Shown here piece by piece: positions 31,692-41,552 of a DNA stretch of 64,000 bases; the first letter of the stretch is position 1, and every line of letters starts with the position of its first letter. A program made the translations under genes and the position numbers. The notes under the pieces were generated by a model that was not told where the DNA came from, searched no databases, and saw only the letters and a list, made by a program, of their open reading frames with translations. The DNA is taken from NCBI GenBank assembly GCA_963783305.1, contig CAWAMW010000017.1, positions 96,001-160,000 of the forward strand, given 5' to 3'. This DNA comes from an uncultured Gemmatimonadales bacterium. Its GTDB lineage: Bacteria; Gemmatimonadota; Gemmatimonadetes; Longimicrobiales; RSA9.

Positions 31692-32350
31692 TCTTCCCCC
31701 GCCCGATCTGGTCAACACTCTGGCTCGGATACCAAATGAACTGGACTTGGAGTATGGAACCATCGCTTTGTGACAAGCCGAGTTGGAGGATGCTGAGTTG
31801 CACTGGCGGGGGGTGCGACGATCCAACCCTTACCAGACGGGATCGACGTCGAGACGGGTTCCCGGGTTGAACGCGCCTCCTGCCACCACACGGAGTCCAC
31901 GACTCAGGCGGGGCGAGCGACCTCTCGGGGGGATTGAGTCGCAGCCCCGACGGCCCTGTGGGCAGCCGACCCCGACAAGCAGAAACAGAGGCGGCGCACC
32001 ACGCCCCCTCCGCACCTTCAGTGCTTTGGTCTACCGGCCGCCTGGCCAATCCTCTTCTGCGTCGGCGTTGTCGCTCCCACCCCTTCCGATTCCCGCCACC
32101 GCTACCGCTAGAATCAACGTCTCAGCCGAACTGAACAAAAGGGTGGTGATGACCGGAAGCACCGCGGGCCGGGCGGTAGATTCCGAACCGTCGACTCGCT
32201 CTGAATCACCACCGCCTCCAGCCCCTTGCGGCACACATGCGCGCGTCGGCCCGCCAGTGGACCTGCTCGTCCCAATGGGCCGCTACGTTGCCGCAAACGC
32301 GAGCGCTCGCCGTTGACGGCAGCCTGATCGATTTCCCGCCTTGAAGGAGA

Positions 32351-32722
32351 ATGGCCGTGCCGACTTTCCGACAAATCTTATTGGCTGGGGTGTTTCTTCT
32401 CCTATCGTCCGCATGTGCTACAAACGAGGGGTCGGGCGGAGGACACGATCGTGGGATTCCGGTCGTCATTGAGAACACCGTAGCCCCGCCCAGCTCTTTC
32501 ACCGTCTGGATTGAGGCCGACGGGGGCATGCGGCATTGCCTGGGATCCCTTTCGCCGAATGCAGTGGGTCGATTCCGGTATCGGGTCCCGGCAGTCGGAC
32601 GATACCGTCTGGTGGCTCAACCTCTTACAGGGTCAGCAGTTGGATCTACCTACTTCAAATTGTTCGAAGTCAGCGCGAAAATTGAGTGGGATGTGGGCAC
32701 GGGGTCAGTGGTGGTGAGATAG
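32351..32722 (+). CDS. Small hypothetical lipoprotein
   Basis: AAGGAG RBS, LLLSSAC lipobox, beta-sandwich-like body. Confidence 0.75.
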   Translation: MAVPTFRQILLAGVFLLLSSACATNEGSGGGHDRGIPVVIENTVAPPSSFTVWIEADGGMRHCLGSLSPNAVGRFRYRVPAVGRYRLVAQPLTGSAVGSTYFKLFEVSAKIEWDVGTGSVVVR

Positions 32723-32744
32723 AGCCCGGCTCCCTGGCCACAGC

Positions 32745-32783
32745 AGAGGGGGGGCGGTCGTTTCGACCGCCCCCCCTCACTTT
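32745..32783. terminator. Hairpin terminator between convergent genes
   Basis: GAGGGGGGGCGGTCG..CGACCGCCCCCCCTC stem followed by ACTTTC. Confidence 0.7.
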
Positions 32784-32802
32784 CATCGATCCGTGGCTGT
32801 GC

Positions 32803-33657
32803 CTACTCGAGCGTGTACATTGTCGTCCAACTCGCCCCCACCACGCCGCAGCACGTGAGCTCCACATTCATTGTGACGGTATTCGAATCAAAATCATACG
32901 ACCCACTGGTGTTGGCTGTTACGTCCGCGAGTGCCGGGGACCGTGAAGAAAACTGTACACTTCCATTCACGTAGACGGTAAACGCCCATGAAACCGGCTC
33001 ACCAAACAGGCCATAGGCGAAGTCAGACAACACATAGTCATAGCTTTCGCCCTCAACGGCCTGGGGACCAGCGGTGACCGTTACATTCGGGATCGCTCCA
33101 TCCACGAAGTCACCAGCGACAGTCCCGGAGTAGGTGCCAATTGGGATCTCCGCCGGCGCACGGACGACCGTCAGCGTGAAATCTGTCCAACTTCCGAGGT
33201 ATCCCGTACCAATCATAGATCCCGATGACGTCGATGCTTCAACCATGCTGATCTCCAGAGCAGAGCCGACTGTCGCGGTCGTCGGGATCCAGAGCCACAA
33301 GGTGTCGAACGCCGCTTCCTGGAAGGGGTCGTAGTCGAAGAGCGCGGTTCCGCCCGAGGCGTCGAAGCCGGACGCCACCTCCAGACTCCCGGAGTCCGCT
33401 ACCACGAAGAAGTCTTCCCCGAAGACCGCGCTACCGCCGAACTCCAACACTACATTGACGTCCTCCTCCGGCCGGACGGCGATCCCGCCATACCTCACAG
33501 GGACCCACGAGCCGTGTGGCCCCGTCACGGTCCGTGGAGCCTCAAAAGCAACCCACGGCGGTGCGAATTCCCCCATTTCCTCAATGGGATTCGTGATTTC
33601 CTCGCATGCGGAGACGGCCAGAATCGCCGCTCCGAGCACCAGTAGAACAGGTTTCGT
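32803..33657 (-). CDS. SusE-position lipoprotein; start codon apparently ACG
   Basis: (T)KPVLLVLGAAILAVSAC lipobox; no in-frame ATG/GTG near the signal, ACG at the expected place. Confidence 0.65.
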   Translation of the reverse strand, partial: TKPVLLVLGAAILAVSACEEITNPIEEMGEFAPPWVAFEAPRTVTGPHGSWVPVRYGGIAVRPEEDVNVVLEFGGSAVFGEDFFVVADSGSLEVASGFDASGGTALFDYDPFQEAAFDTLWLWIPTTATVGSALEISMVEASTSSGSMIGTGYLGSWTDFTLTVVRAPAEIPIGTYSGTVAGDFVDGAIPNVTVTAGPQAVEGESYDYVLSDFAYGLFGEPVSWAFTVYVNGSVQFSSRSPALADVTANTSGSYDFDSNTVTMNVELTCCGVVGASWTTMYTLE

Positions 33658-33689
33658 TCCACGAGTATCCTTCAGGTTGGGTAGCAGCT

Positions 33690-35145
33690 GAGTTCTCAAA
33701 CCACATTGGATCGTCCAAAGGGCGCTGCGTCGGCGCATTCGGATTCGCGGCCAGTTCATCGGGTGGGTACGACATCCTGCGAATGATGTCACTCAAAACC
33801 GCCTGGTACGGCAGCGGGAGATCCGGATGTTTCGTTCTCTTATAGTGGTTCCAGTTCTCCGGCGACCGATCCAGTACCTCGATGAACTCCTGCTCCCAGA
33901 TCGCCTCGAGCGCCTGCGGCTGAGAAAGACTGCTCAGATCCGGCAGGGAAGACAGGTAGGCCTGCTTCTCTTCGGCCGGTATAGTCCCCGGCTTTCCGTC
34001 GAACCAATCCAGAGCGAGCTTCACGCCCTGATCATAGGCCGCGTCTGCTGCGGACAGGTTGCCTTTGCGAGCGTAGAACTCGGCCTCGTAGAACCACACC
34101 TCGGAGGCTGTGACCATCGGCTTGGCCAGTCCGGCCTAATAATGTTCTGATCCAGCACTGAGGTTGTGTCGTTGATGAAGGTAAAGACCCCATTGGTGTG
34201 CCCGATGTATTCATCGGACGTATAGACCCCTTCGTCCGCAGCGAACGCGAAGTACGTATCACGCCTCGGATCGTCTAGGCTGTTCATCAAATCAACGAGC
34301 ACTCGGCTTGGGTACCATAGATCCTGGCCGTCCAGGTTACCCTCGAACCACCCCGCAGTCAGCTTCCACAGATTATTCTGATTGTTCGGCGCATTGAAGA
34401 AAGGCAACGCGGCTTCTTCTGTATTCATCCTGATGAGCGGTTCATTCAGAAGCGCAGCGATGTCGGCTTCAACGGACGGATCCTGGTTGCGGATCATCAT
34501 CAAGATCCGGAGTCGGAGCGAATTCGCGAGCCTCTCCCAATCAGACATGTCGCCCCCGTAAACGAGGTCGCCACTCTCGACTCCTGGCTGTCCCCCCGGC
34601 TCGATCAGGGCAGCTGCCTCCTCCAGATCCTGCACCAGCCCTCGAAGGATCGTTTCCTGATCGTCGAACATTGGTTGCGGGAACTCCTCCGCCTGGAGCG
34701 CCTGCGTGTACGGAATGTCGCCCCAAAGGGAGGTGGCGTACCAGTACAGATACGCCATTAAGATTTCCCCCTGCGCCGCTACGTTCGGCCGGGCCGGGTC
34801 AGCCGCGAGCGCCTGATTCCGCATCAGATTGAGGTTACGGAGCCCAGTGGAATACACCGTTCTCCACGTATTCCCCGTCAGGAAAATGTCCAGTTCATAA
34901 CGGTCCGCGCCCGCGCGGTACGATGCATTGGAAGCCAGGACTTGAGACCAGTACAAGGAGGGGGGGTTTAGTTCCACCGCGCGGTTGGAAGCCAGGCCAG
35001 CCATTACAGTGGGCAGGAGCAGATCCCCCTGCACCGCAGTAGCCGCGTCCGGGTCCGTATTGATGTCCAGATCAAACAGGCTATCACAGCCGCTCAATGG
35101 GACAATCAGCAGCAATAGGAGCAGAAATCCTTTATACGCTCGCAT
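33690..35145 (-). pseudogene. SusD/RagB-like lipoprotein with frameshift near 34120
   Basis: ATG 35145, PLSGC lipobox, LDINTDP, WGDIPYTQAL, GDLVYGGD..W..LANSLRLR; C-terminal part (VTASEVWF..RRMSYP..PMWFEN) in another frame. Confidence 0.85.
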
Positions 35146-35163
35146 ATTTATCCTCACTCGCGA

Positions 35164-38100
35164 TTAGAAGCGCGCCTGAACGTTCACACCAAACGAACGC
35201 ACGGACGGAAGGTTGTTCCATTCGATCCCCTGGCCGTTCGAGGCTGAGCCGAACAGTCCGACCTCCGGGTCGATATGCGGGACCTTCTTGTGGAAGAGCC
35301 ACAGGTTGCGACCTTCGACGCCAATGGTGAGACTGCCGAAGGGGGTGTGCTGCATCCACGAGCGGGGGACTGTCCAGTCGAGACGGACCTCACGAACTCG
35401 CGCGTTCGATGCATCGAACACCTTGCCTTCATGAACGACGGCGGCAGAGTACTGCCCCCAGAACGCCTGCATGCTCTGCACAGGCGTCTCGTTCGGCACG
35501 TATGTCGTGTCGGTCCCCGTGACAACTCGATTCACCCCTTCATCAACTAAGGTACCTCCACGGTTCACGGCGGTCTCGGCGGCAAGACCAGACCGCCGGA
35601 GGTTGGACACCGTCTCGGAGTAGATCACGCCGCCCTTGCGCCAATCGATCAGGAAGCTGCCAGTGACGGGGCCAACGCGCAGTGTGTTTGACAATCCGAC
35701 CGTGAAGTCGGGATCAATGCCGCCCAGGCGAATCACATTGCCTACCATCCGGAGACCCGTATTGGGGTCAATCAGGATTTCTCCATTGGGGCTGCGCGCG
35801 AAGCCGGGGCCGTACAGTCCGAGTCCCTCGCCGGGTTCGGCTTTGACCCGCAATCCACTGAACACGCTCGCGATGACGATCTCCTCCACGCCGGGAGCCA
35901 ACGATTTGACCGTATTGTCATTCGACGTGTAGTTCGCGTTGATGTCCCACGAAAAGAGACCTGTTCGGATCGGAGTCACATTCAAGGCGGCCTCGATCCC
36001 TGAATTATTTACGGTACCGACGTTGGTGCGCCGTGAGGCGAACCCCGTACTTTCCGGGATCGGGATCGAGATAATCTGATCCTCCGTGTCCACGTCGTAG
36101 TAGGTAAGGTCCAGGCCCAGACGGCCATTGAAGAGCTGGAGCTCACCACCGATTTCCCGCGAGATCTGAGTCTGTGGCTTCAGGTCTGACGGTGGGATCG
36201 TGCCGGTCGACGCAAACCCGGTGTGTCCACCATAGGGGAACGAATTGGTTGTGCTGTACTGACCGTAGATGGTCGACTGTGGGAAGAAACGGAAATCCAG
36301 CTGATACGGATCTTCATCGCTCCCTACCTGAGCGTAGTTCGCTCGCAGCTTTACGTAGGACAGGACATTGCCGGCACCGAATAGCTCGGTGGGGATGAAG
36401 CTGAGGTTAACGGAGGGATAGAAGAACGAATTGTTCTGCTTCGGGAGGGTCGACGACCAGTCGTTGCGGCCGGTGACGTTCAGAAACAGGTACTCCCTGA
36501 ACCCAAACGTCAGATCACCAAATACGCCGTAGATCTTCCGTTGCTCATAGGCGTTGGCCGGCGAATTCGCTCCAGCGTTGGCGAAATTGTAGAGGCCGGG
36601 TACCGTCAGATTGTCCGCATTGTTTGCTTGGATCGCCAGCTCACGATGATTCAGGTTACCCCCGAGGACCGCCCGGAGATTGATGTCTGGGGTCAGGTCC
36701 CGCCGCGCCTCCGCCAGCAGGTCGTAGTTCAACTGACGTTCCTGAACCACGTCGAGCTCCAGGAGTCCGTCTTCGTTCCCGAGCGTTCCGACGGATACGA
36801 TGTCCTCGCGGTTGTCCGTGTAGGTGTCGAGACCAGCGCGGCCTGTAAGCGTGACCCATTCTAGAGGGGACCACGCGACCGATCCGCTTCCGAAGAATCG
36901 CTCCACTCCCTGAGTGAACGGATTCTCGTTCACCACCCAGTAGGGATTGTTCGTAAAGTTTCCAATAGGGCGCTGGTTCCCCAGCTCATCCTTGTAGTTC
37001 CGGAGGTTCGCCACGGACATGGTCCGGGGCAGCGAGTTGACGAGACCCGTAAGGCCTGTCACGAGTGCGGCATCGTTGTTCCCGGATACCGCCTTGCCGA
37101 GGATGTCCGTTGTAACGTAGTTGCCGGTCAGTCGCGCACTTAGCGTGGGGAGGAAGTTGTAGCCGGTGTTGATGGTGAGAGAAGTCCTCGTCATTCTGCT
37201 CGCGGGTATGATTCCGCCCTGGTCTTGGTACGTCACGCCCATCCGGAAGTCTGCTGCTTCCGTCGCCCCTGAAAGCGAGACGCTGTGGATGGCCAGGAGA
37301 CCAGATTCGTAGAAATTCTTTACATTGTCCGGGTAAGCCTGGAGGGTGATCGGGTCGCCATTGATGTCCTCCACCTGCTGGCCGCGGATCTCGGGTCCCC
37401 AACCATCCAGGTCGGCGGCATCGTAGACGCCGAAGTCGCCGGCTGCGTACCGGTTCTGGAACTCCGGCAGGACCAACGGCGAGGAGGTCCGCAACGTGGT
37501 GCTTGCGGTGATCGTGCTCCCGCCGATAGACCGGCCGCGCTTGGTAGTGATCAGGATGACGCCATCCTTGGCCCGCTGCCCGTACAGAGCCGCAGCGGCT
37601 GCACCACGCAGTACTGTCACCGACTCGATGTCCGAAGGGTTGAGGTCACCGGCCCGATTCCCCACATTGACCGTCCCTGTGATACGGGTGTTGCTCCCCC
37701 CCGTTTCTTCACCGGTTACGATGTTCGAGTTTGAGATCGGAACCCCGTCAACGACGAATAGCGGCTGGTTGTCGCCAGAGAGGGAGGACACTCCACGAAT
37801 CACAACACGCGTTGAGGCGCCCAGGTCGCCGGACTGGGACACGACCTTGACGCCTGGCGTCCGTGCGGCGAGTGCGTTTACGAAATTGGTCTCCTGAGCC
37901 TCATTGAGCTCCTCGCCCTGAATCGTGGAGACAGAGTAGGCCACCTCCCGCCGCTGACGAGCGATCTGCTGGCCCGTAACTACCAGCGCGTCCAGCTGCA
38001 GCGCCTCTGTCGATAGCTCGAAGTCCGCCCTGGTAGCGCCTGTAGTGACCTCCACCTCGCGCTCCAAAGTCCCGTAACCGAGCAGGCTTACCCGAATGGT

Positions 38101-38343
38101 CTGCGTACCAACCGGAACGTCACGGAGCAGGTACCGTCCATCCACGTTGGTAAAGACGTGGCGGTTCGCAGCCGGAACTTGGACCACGGCGCCTGCTACA
38201 GGCTGCGCGTCGTCGACACTTGTCACGACACCGGTAACTGTTCCGGCTTCCTGCGCACTGGCAGGGTCGGCAATCACCAGCAGCAGCAGCGCTGCCGAGG
38301 CGACGCGGCCCAGCGATTGGTAGAGCTTACGTGGCAATGGCAT
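35164..38343 (-). CDS. SusC/RagA-family TonB-dependent transporter (second copy)
   Basis: ATG 38343 after AAGGAGG; DLNPSDIESVTVLRGAAAAALYGQRAKDGVILITTK, RNDWSSTLP, C-terminal RSFGVNVQARF. Confidence 0.96.
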   Translation of the reverse strand: MPLPRKLYQSLGRVASAALLLLVIADPASAQEAGTVTGVVTSVDDAQPVAGAVVQVPAANRHVFTNVDGRYLLRDVPVGTQTIRVSLLGYGTLEREVEVTTGATRADFELSTEALQLDALVVTGQQIARQRREVAYSVSTIQGEELNEAQETNFVNALAARTPGVKVVSQSGDLGASTRVVIRGVSSLSGDNQPLFVVDGVPISNSNIVTGEETGGSNTRITGTVNVGNRAGDLNPSDIESVTVLRGAAAAALYGQRAKDGVILITTKRGRSIGGSTITASTTLRTSSPLVLPEFQNRYAAGDFGVYDAADLDGWGPEIRGQQVEDINGDPITLQAYPDNVKNFYESGLLAIHSVSLSGATEAADFRMGVTYQDQGGIIPASRMTRTSLTINTGYNFLPTLSARLTGNYVTTDILGKAVSGNNDAALVTGLTGLVNSLPRTMSVANLRNYKDELGNQRPIGNFTNNPYWVVNENPFTQGVERFFGSGSVAWSPLEWVTLTGRAGLDTYTDNREDIVSVGTLGNEDGLLELDVVQERQLNYDLLAEARRDLTPDINLRAVLGGNLNHRELAIQANNADNLTVPGLYNFANAGANSPANAYEQRKIYGVFGDLTFGFREYLFLNVTGRNDWSSTLPKQNNSFFYPSVNLSFIPTELFGAGNVLSYVKLRANYAQVGSDEDPYQLDFRFFPQSTIYGQYSTTNSFPYGGHTGFASTGTIPPSDLKPQTQISREIGGELQLFNGRLGLDLTYYDVDTEDQIISIPIPESTGFASRRTNVGTVNNSGIEAALNVTPIRTGLFSWDINANYTSNDNTVKSLAPGVEEIVIASVFSGLRVKAEPGEGLGLYGPGFARSPNGEILIDPNTGLRMVGNVIRLGGIDPDFTVGLSNTLRVGPVTGSFLIDWRKGGVIYSETVSNLRRSGLAAETAVNRGGTLVDEGVNRVVTGTDTTYVPNETPVQSMQAFWGQYSAAVVHEGKVFDASNARVREVRLDWTVPRSWMQHTPFGSLTIGVEGRNLWLFHKKVPHIDPEVGLFGSASNGQGIEWNNLPSVRSFGVNVQARF

Positions 38344-39499
38344 GTACTCCTCCTTCGTCCGTCGAGAGGTTCCTCGTTCCTGAACAGCACGGTTCTGTTT
38401 TTTGCTGCGCTCCATGTACGCAGCTCGATCCGGACACCGAACGTCCGCTCCTACCTCCTCAATCGATAGATGGGTGAGATGATCCGCCGACCCCCCAAGG
38501 CGGGGAGTCATTCGTGGGGGACACACACAGGGGCCACGAACGCGGAGTCGAGGACCCGACAATGATGGTGAGCAGGAAACCGCCGCGCGGCCCAATTGGG
38601 GTGGACCGCGGAAGGGAGGGGTGGAACGTGTTTGACAGGTGCAGCCGGACGCTGCCACCTGAGTCGCCCCCTCACGCGGCGGTGATCCGCGGCAGGGGCC
38701 CGGCCCCGCGATGGGCCGCCCTGTCCCGACTGGATGATCAAGGCGATCAGTGGCGACGGCTAGCGTAACCCGCTGACCCCGCCGGCGACCGGAGCGGCAA
38801 GGCTGGCCGGATTCAAGCCCGACTCGATCTGCAAAATAATAGAACGGGACCGGCGTGGAGTGGCCGGGTCTCCCAGACCGAATCGACAGACCGACCGGTC
38901 AGCCCCGGGACCCGCCGCTCGCCCCTCCCGCGATGTCCCGCTGCGGCCTCCGGTTTAGGCTTTGTGCGTGCGGTACACCCGCACTCTTTCCTATTGGGGG
39001 GAAGAGAAGAGGGCGTCGACCTCACCGGCCGGCGCTCTTTTCATTTTGTGCGCTGCAAAGCATCTCACTGAGAAGACTCCCGAATCGCATCCCCCTGGGA
39101 TACGCCTGCCTCGGTCCTCAGTACGGGGCACATTACGTAGCGTGCGCTACGCCTGATCTACGCCGTGGCGTAGCAGATCTGAGCCGCGTAGCGGCGCACG
39201 CGGTGGCGTGTAGGGTAGGTGTAGCTGTGCGTAGACTTGGCAAGCGCTCATGGCGTAGGGGTCAACGTCGGCGGCGTACCCGCAGCGGTATGCCCGTAGC
39301 CATGTATCCGTAGCGGCGGTCCACTGGGGGTACCTCTCCCACCTCGCCGTCGCGGGGTATCGTTGCCGTTGGAAGCACCCTTCTCAAACAGCGTCAGGAT
39401 CTGCTCCGGAAGACACTCCGCACCATCGCCCCCCGGGAGCTCCCGCGGGGCCCCGACGTGTCGTTCCAGCGACCCCGGTCCATGAGCGAGGTGCGTCCT

Positions 39500-39640
39500 G
39501 GCGACGAGCCGGACGGATGGCGTCTTGGCCGTCCTGAGCAGGGGTTTCTCCGCCGTCGCCACGCTCCTCGTGGCCCTTGGCCTCTACGGCCTCCTTGCCC
39601 TCCTTGCCTACAGCGTCCGGGGACGACGGGGCGAGATCCC
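39500..39640 (+). pseudogene. Fragment of an ADOP/FtsX permease C-terminus
   Basis: GFSAVATLLVALGLYGLLALLAYSVRGRRGEI matches the LxxxGLYGxxAYSVxxRxxEI motif. Confidence 0.65.
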
Positions 39641-39882
39641 TGCGGACTGTGGGTCACGAGCCGGACGCTGCCTTCCGGCATGTAGATGGGCGTCCCTTCC
39701 GGACGGAAATTGGGGACGAACGACGTGATTTCCCGCACCGCCGTTGGGCCCTTGTATACGCCTTTCATCAAGCGGCAGTCGACGGTCGCGCGCGGACCCG
39801 CGTATGATAAGCGTTAGGATATCCGGTACGCACTCGCGCGGGCACGGCGGAGCGACCGTAGCCCCTCCAACACGGTGAACTC

Positions 39883-40401
39883 ATGCGACGGCTCTTCCTC
39901 CTGACGATTCTCCTCTCGGTTCCAGCGGTCCTGGGCGCCCAGGATCCGGACCACCTGGCCGCAGACCGGGAAGCCGTGCGGGCGGCGGTCGTGGACTACG
40001 TGGAGGCGATCTACCAGACGCAGCCGGAGCGTGTGGAGCGAGGGGTCCGGCCGGACCTGGTCAAGGTCGGCTACTACAGGGCTCGGGACGCGGAGGAGTA
40101 CACCGAGCTGCCCATGACCTACGAGCAGCTCCTGAATATCGCCCGGACGTACAACCGGTCGGGCCGGGACCTCTCGGACGCGCCGCGTCTCATCACGGTG
40201 CTGGACGTTCTGGACCGGGTCGCGGCCGCGAAGCTCGTGGCGGCCTGGGGGATCGACTATTTCCACCTGGTGAAGGACGACGGCCAGTGGCGGATCCTTC
40301 ACGTTGTATGGCAGTCGCACACGCCGGAGACTGCAAAGGCTGCCAGGGAGGAAATGGCCCGGATCGCGGCGGAGGATGGGAGCGGGAGTCAGGGAGGGTG
40401 A
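39883..40401 (+). CDS. Secreted NTF2-like (putative lumazine-binding family) protein
   Basis: DREAVRAAVVDYVEAIY..HPDL-like RPDLVKVG..VLDRVAAAKL..WGIDYFHLVK..WRILHVVW. Confidence 0.85.
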   Translation: MRRLFLLTILLSVPAVLGAQDPDHLAADREAVRAAVVDYVEAIYQTQPERVERGVRPDLVKVGYYRARDAEEYTELPMTYEQLLNIARTYNRSGRDLSDAPRLITVLDVLDRVAAAKLVAAWGIDYFHLVKDDGQWRILHVVWQSHTPETAKAAREEMARIAAEDGSGSQGG

Positions 40402-41240
40402 GGCGGAGGATCGGGGGCTGTACGGCGGGCGCCCTGGTCTGCTTCGCAGCGGCGTGGAGTCTACCTGCCGCCGGCCGCCCCAAGCGGCCGAGACCCGCCG
40501 GCGGTGTGGGGAGGGCTGAGCCCCGGTTCCTTCGGCGTGGGGCTGGAAGTCCTGCGGTTCACGGATCCGAGCCGTCCTTACGCTCCCCTGCCCGGACCGG
40601 ACGACGTGCTGGACGTCAGGACGTGGCGGGGCGCGGAGGGCCGACCGATCCAAGTCGTGATATGGTACCCTGCGACGGACGTGGGGGGTTCGAAGCCCTT
40701 CCGGTACGGTGACCTCGTCGCCCTCACGGCGTCGGAGCTTGGCGAGGAATACGCGACGCCGGCCGCGCTCTCCGCAGCGTCGGAGCAGCTCCGACCCGGT
40801 CCGCTGGGGCCGTACGTCGACGGCGAGTCGGTCACGGACGACGAGTTGCGGGTGGCGCTCGCGGTGCCCCTGTTGTCGGTGCTGGAGGCGCCCCGGGCTG
40901 CGGGCATCTTCCCCCTCGTGCTCATGGTGCACTACGTGGGTCACCGGGTGCTGGCAGAGTACCTGGCGAGCCACGGCTACGTGGTCGCTGCGATCCCGCT
41001 CCTGGGCTCCTCGCCGGCGTGGCAGAACCGGGGTGAGGGCGGGTCGGCCTTGGGGGGCCCAACACGGTGAGGATCGACGACCTGTCGCATCCCCATTTCT
41101 AAGATTTCGAGCGTGTGGCCCGGCCGGACTCGGCGGCGGCCGTCCACCCGGAGTACCACGCCATCGCGTTCTACACGCGGAGGCACCTCGACCAATACCT
41201 GAAGGGAGACAAGAGCACGCCGAAGAGCTGGCTCCTCAGC
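40398..41240 (+). pseudogene. Fragmented alpha/beta (dienelactone-hydrolase-like) hydrolase
   Basis: WGGLSPGSFGVG..DPSR..RPIQVVIWYPA..AEYLASHGYVV; middle missing; tail YTRRHLDQYLKG in another frame. Confidence 0.65.
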
Positions 41241-41510
41241 GCGGCGGCAGCGGGGAGCGAGAGCAGGGGCCCGGCGGCCATCCCCACCACGGCTGGGGCG
41301 ACCCCGTGCCACGCCATCTCCCGGGCGACCCGGGCCGGACGCGCCCCGATGGCCATGCGGGCTGCCGCTTCTCGCGTCCGTCGCTCCACCGCGAACGATA
41401 CCACGGCGTAGATGCCGGTGACCGCCAGTAGTAGCGCGACGCCGGCGAACCCCGCGGTCACGGCCATCAGCAGCTGCCGACCGGCCAGCGTGCCGCGGAA
41501 CAGATCTATG
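41200..41510 (-). pseudogene. Fragment of an ADOP/FtsX permease C-terminus
   Basis: FAGVALLLAVTGIYAVVSFAVERRTRE..RMAIGA..LRSQLFGV. Confidence 0.75.
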
Positions 41511-41552
41511 GGGTCGATTCGACGGCCAGGCTCACGCCAGATCGAGCCGGCA

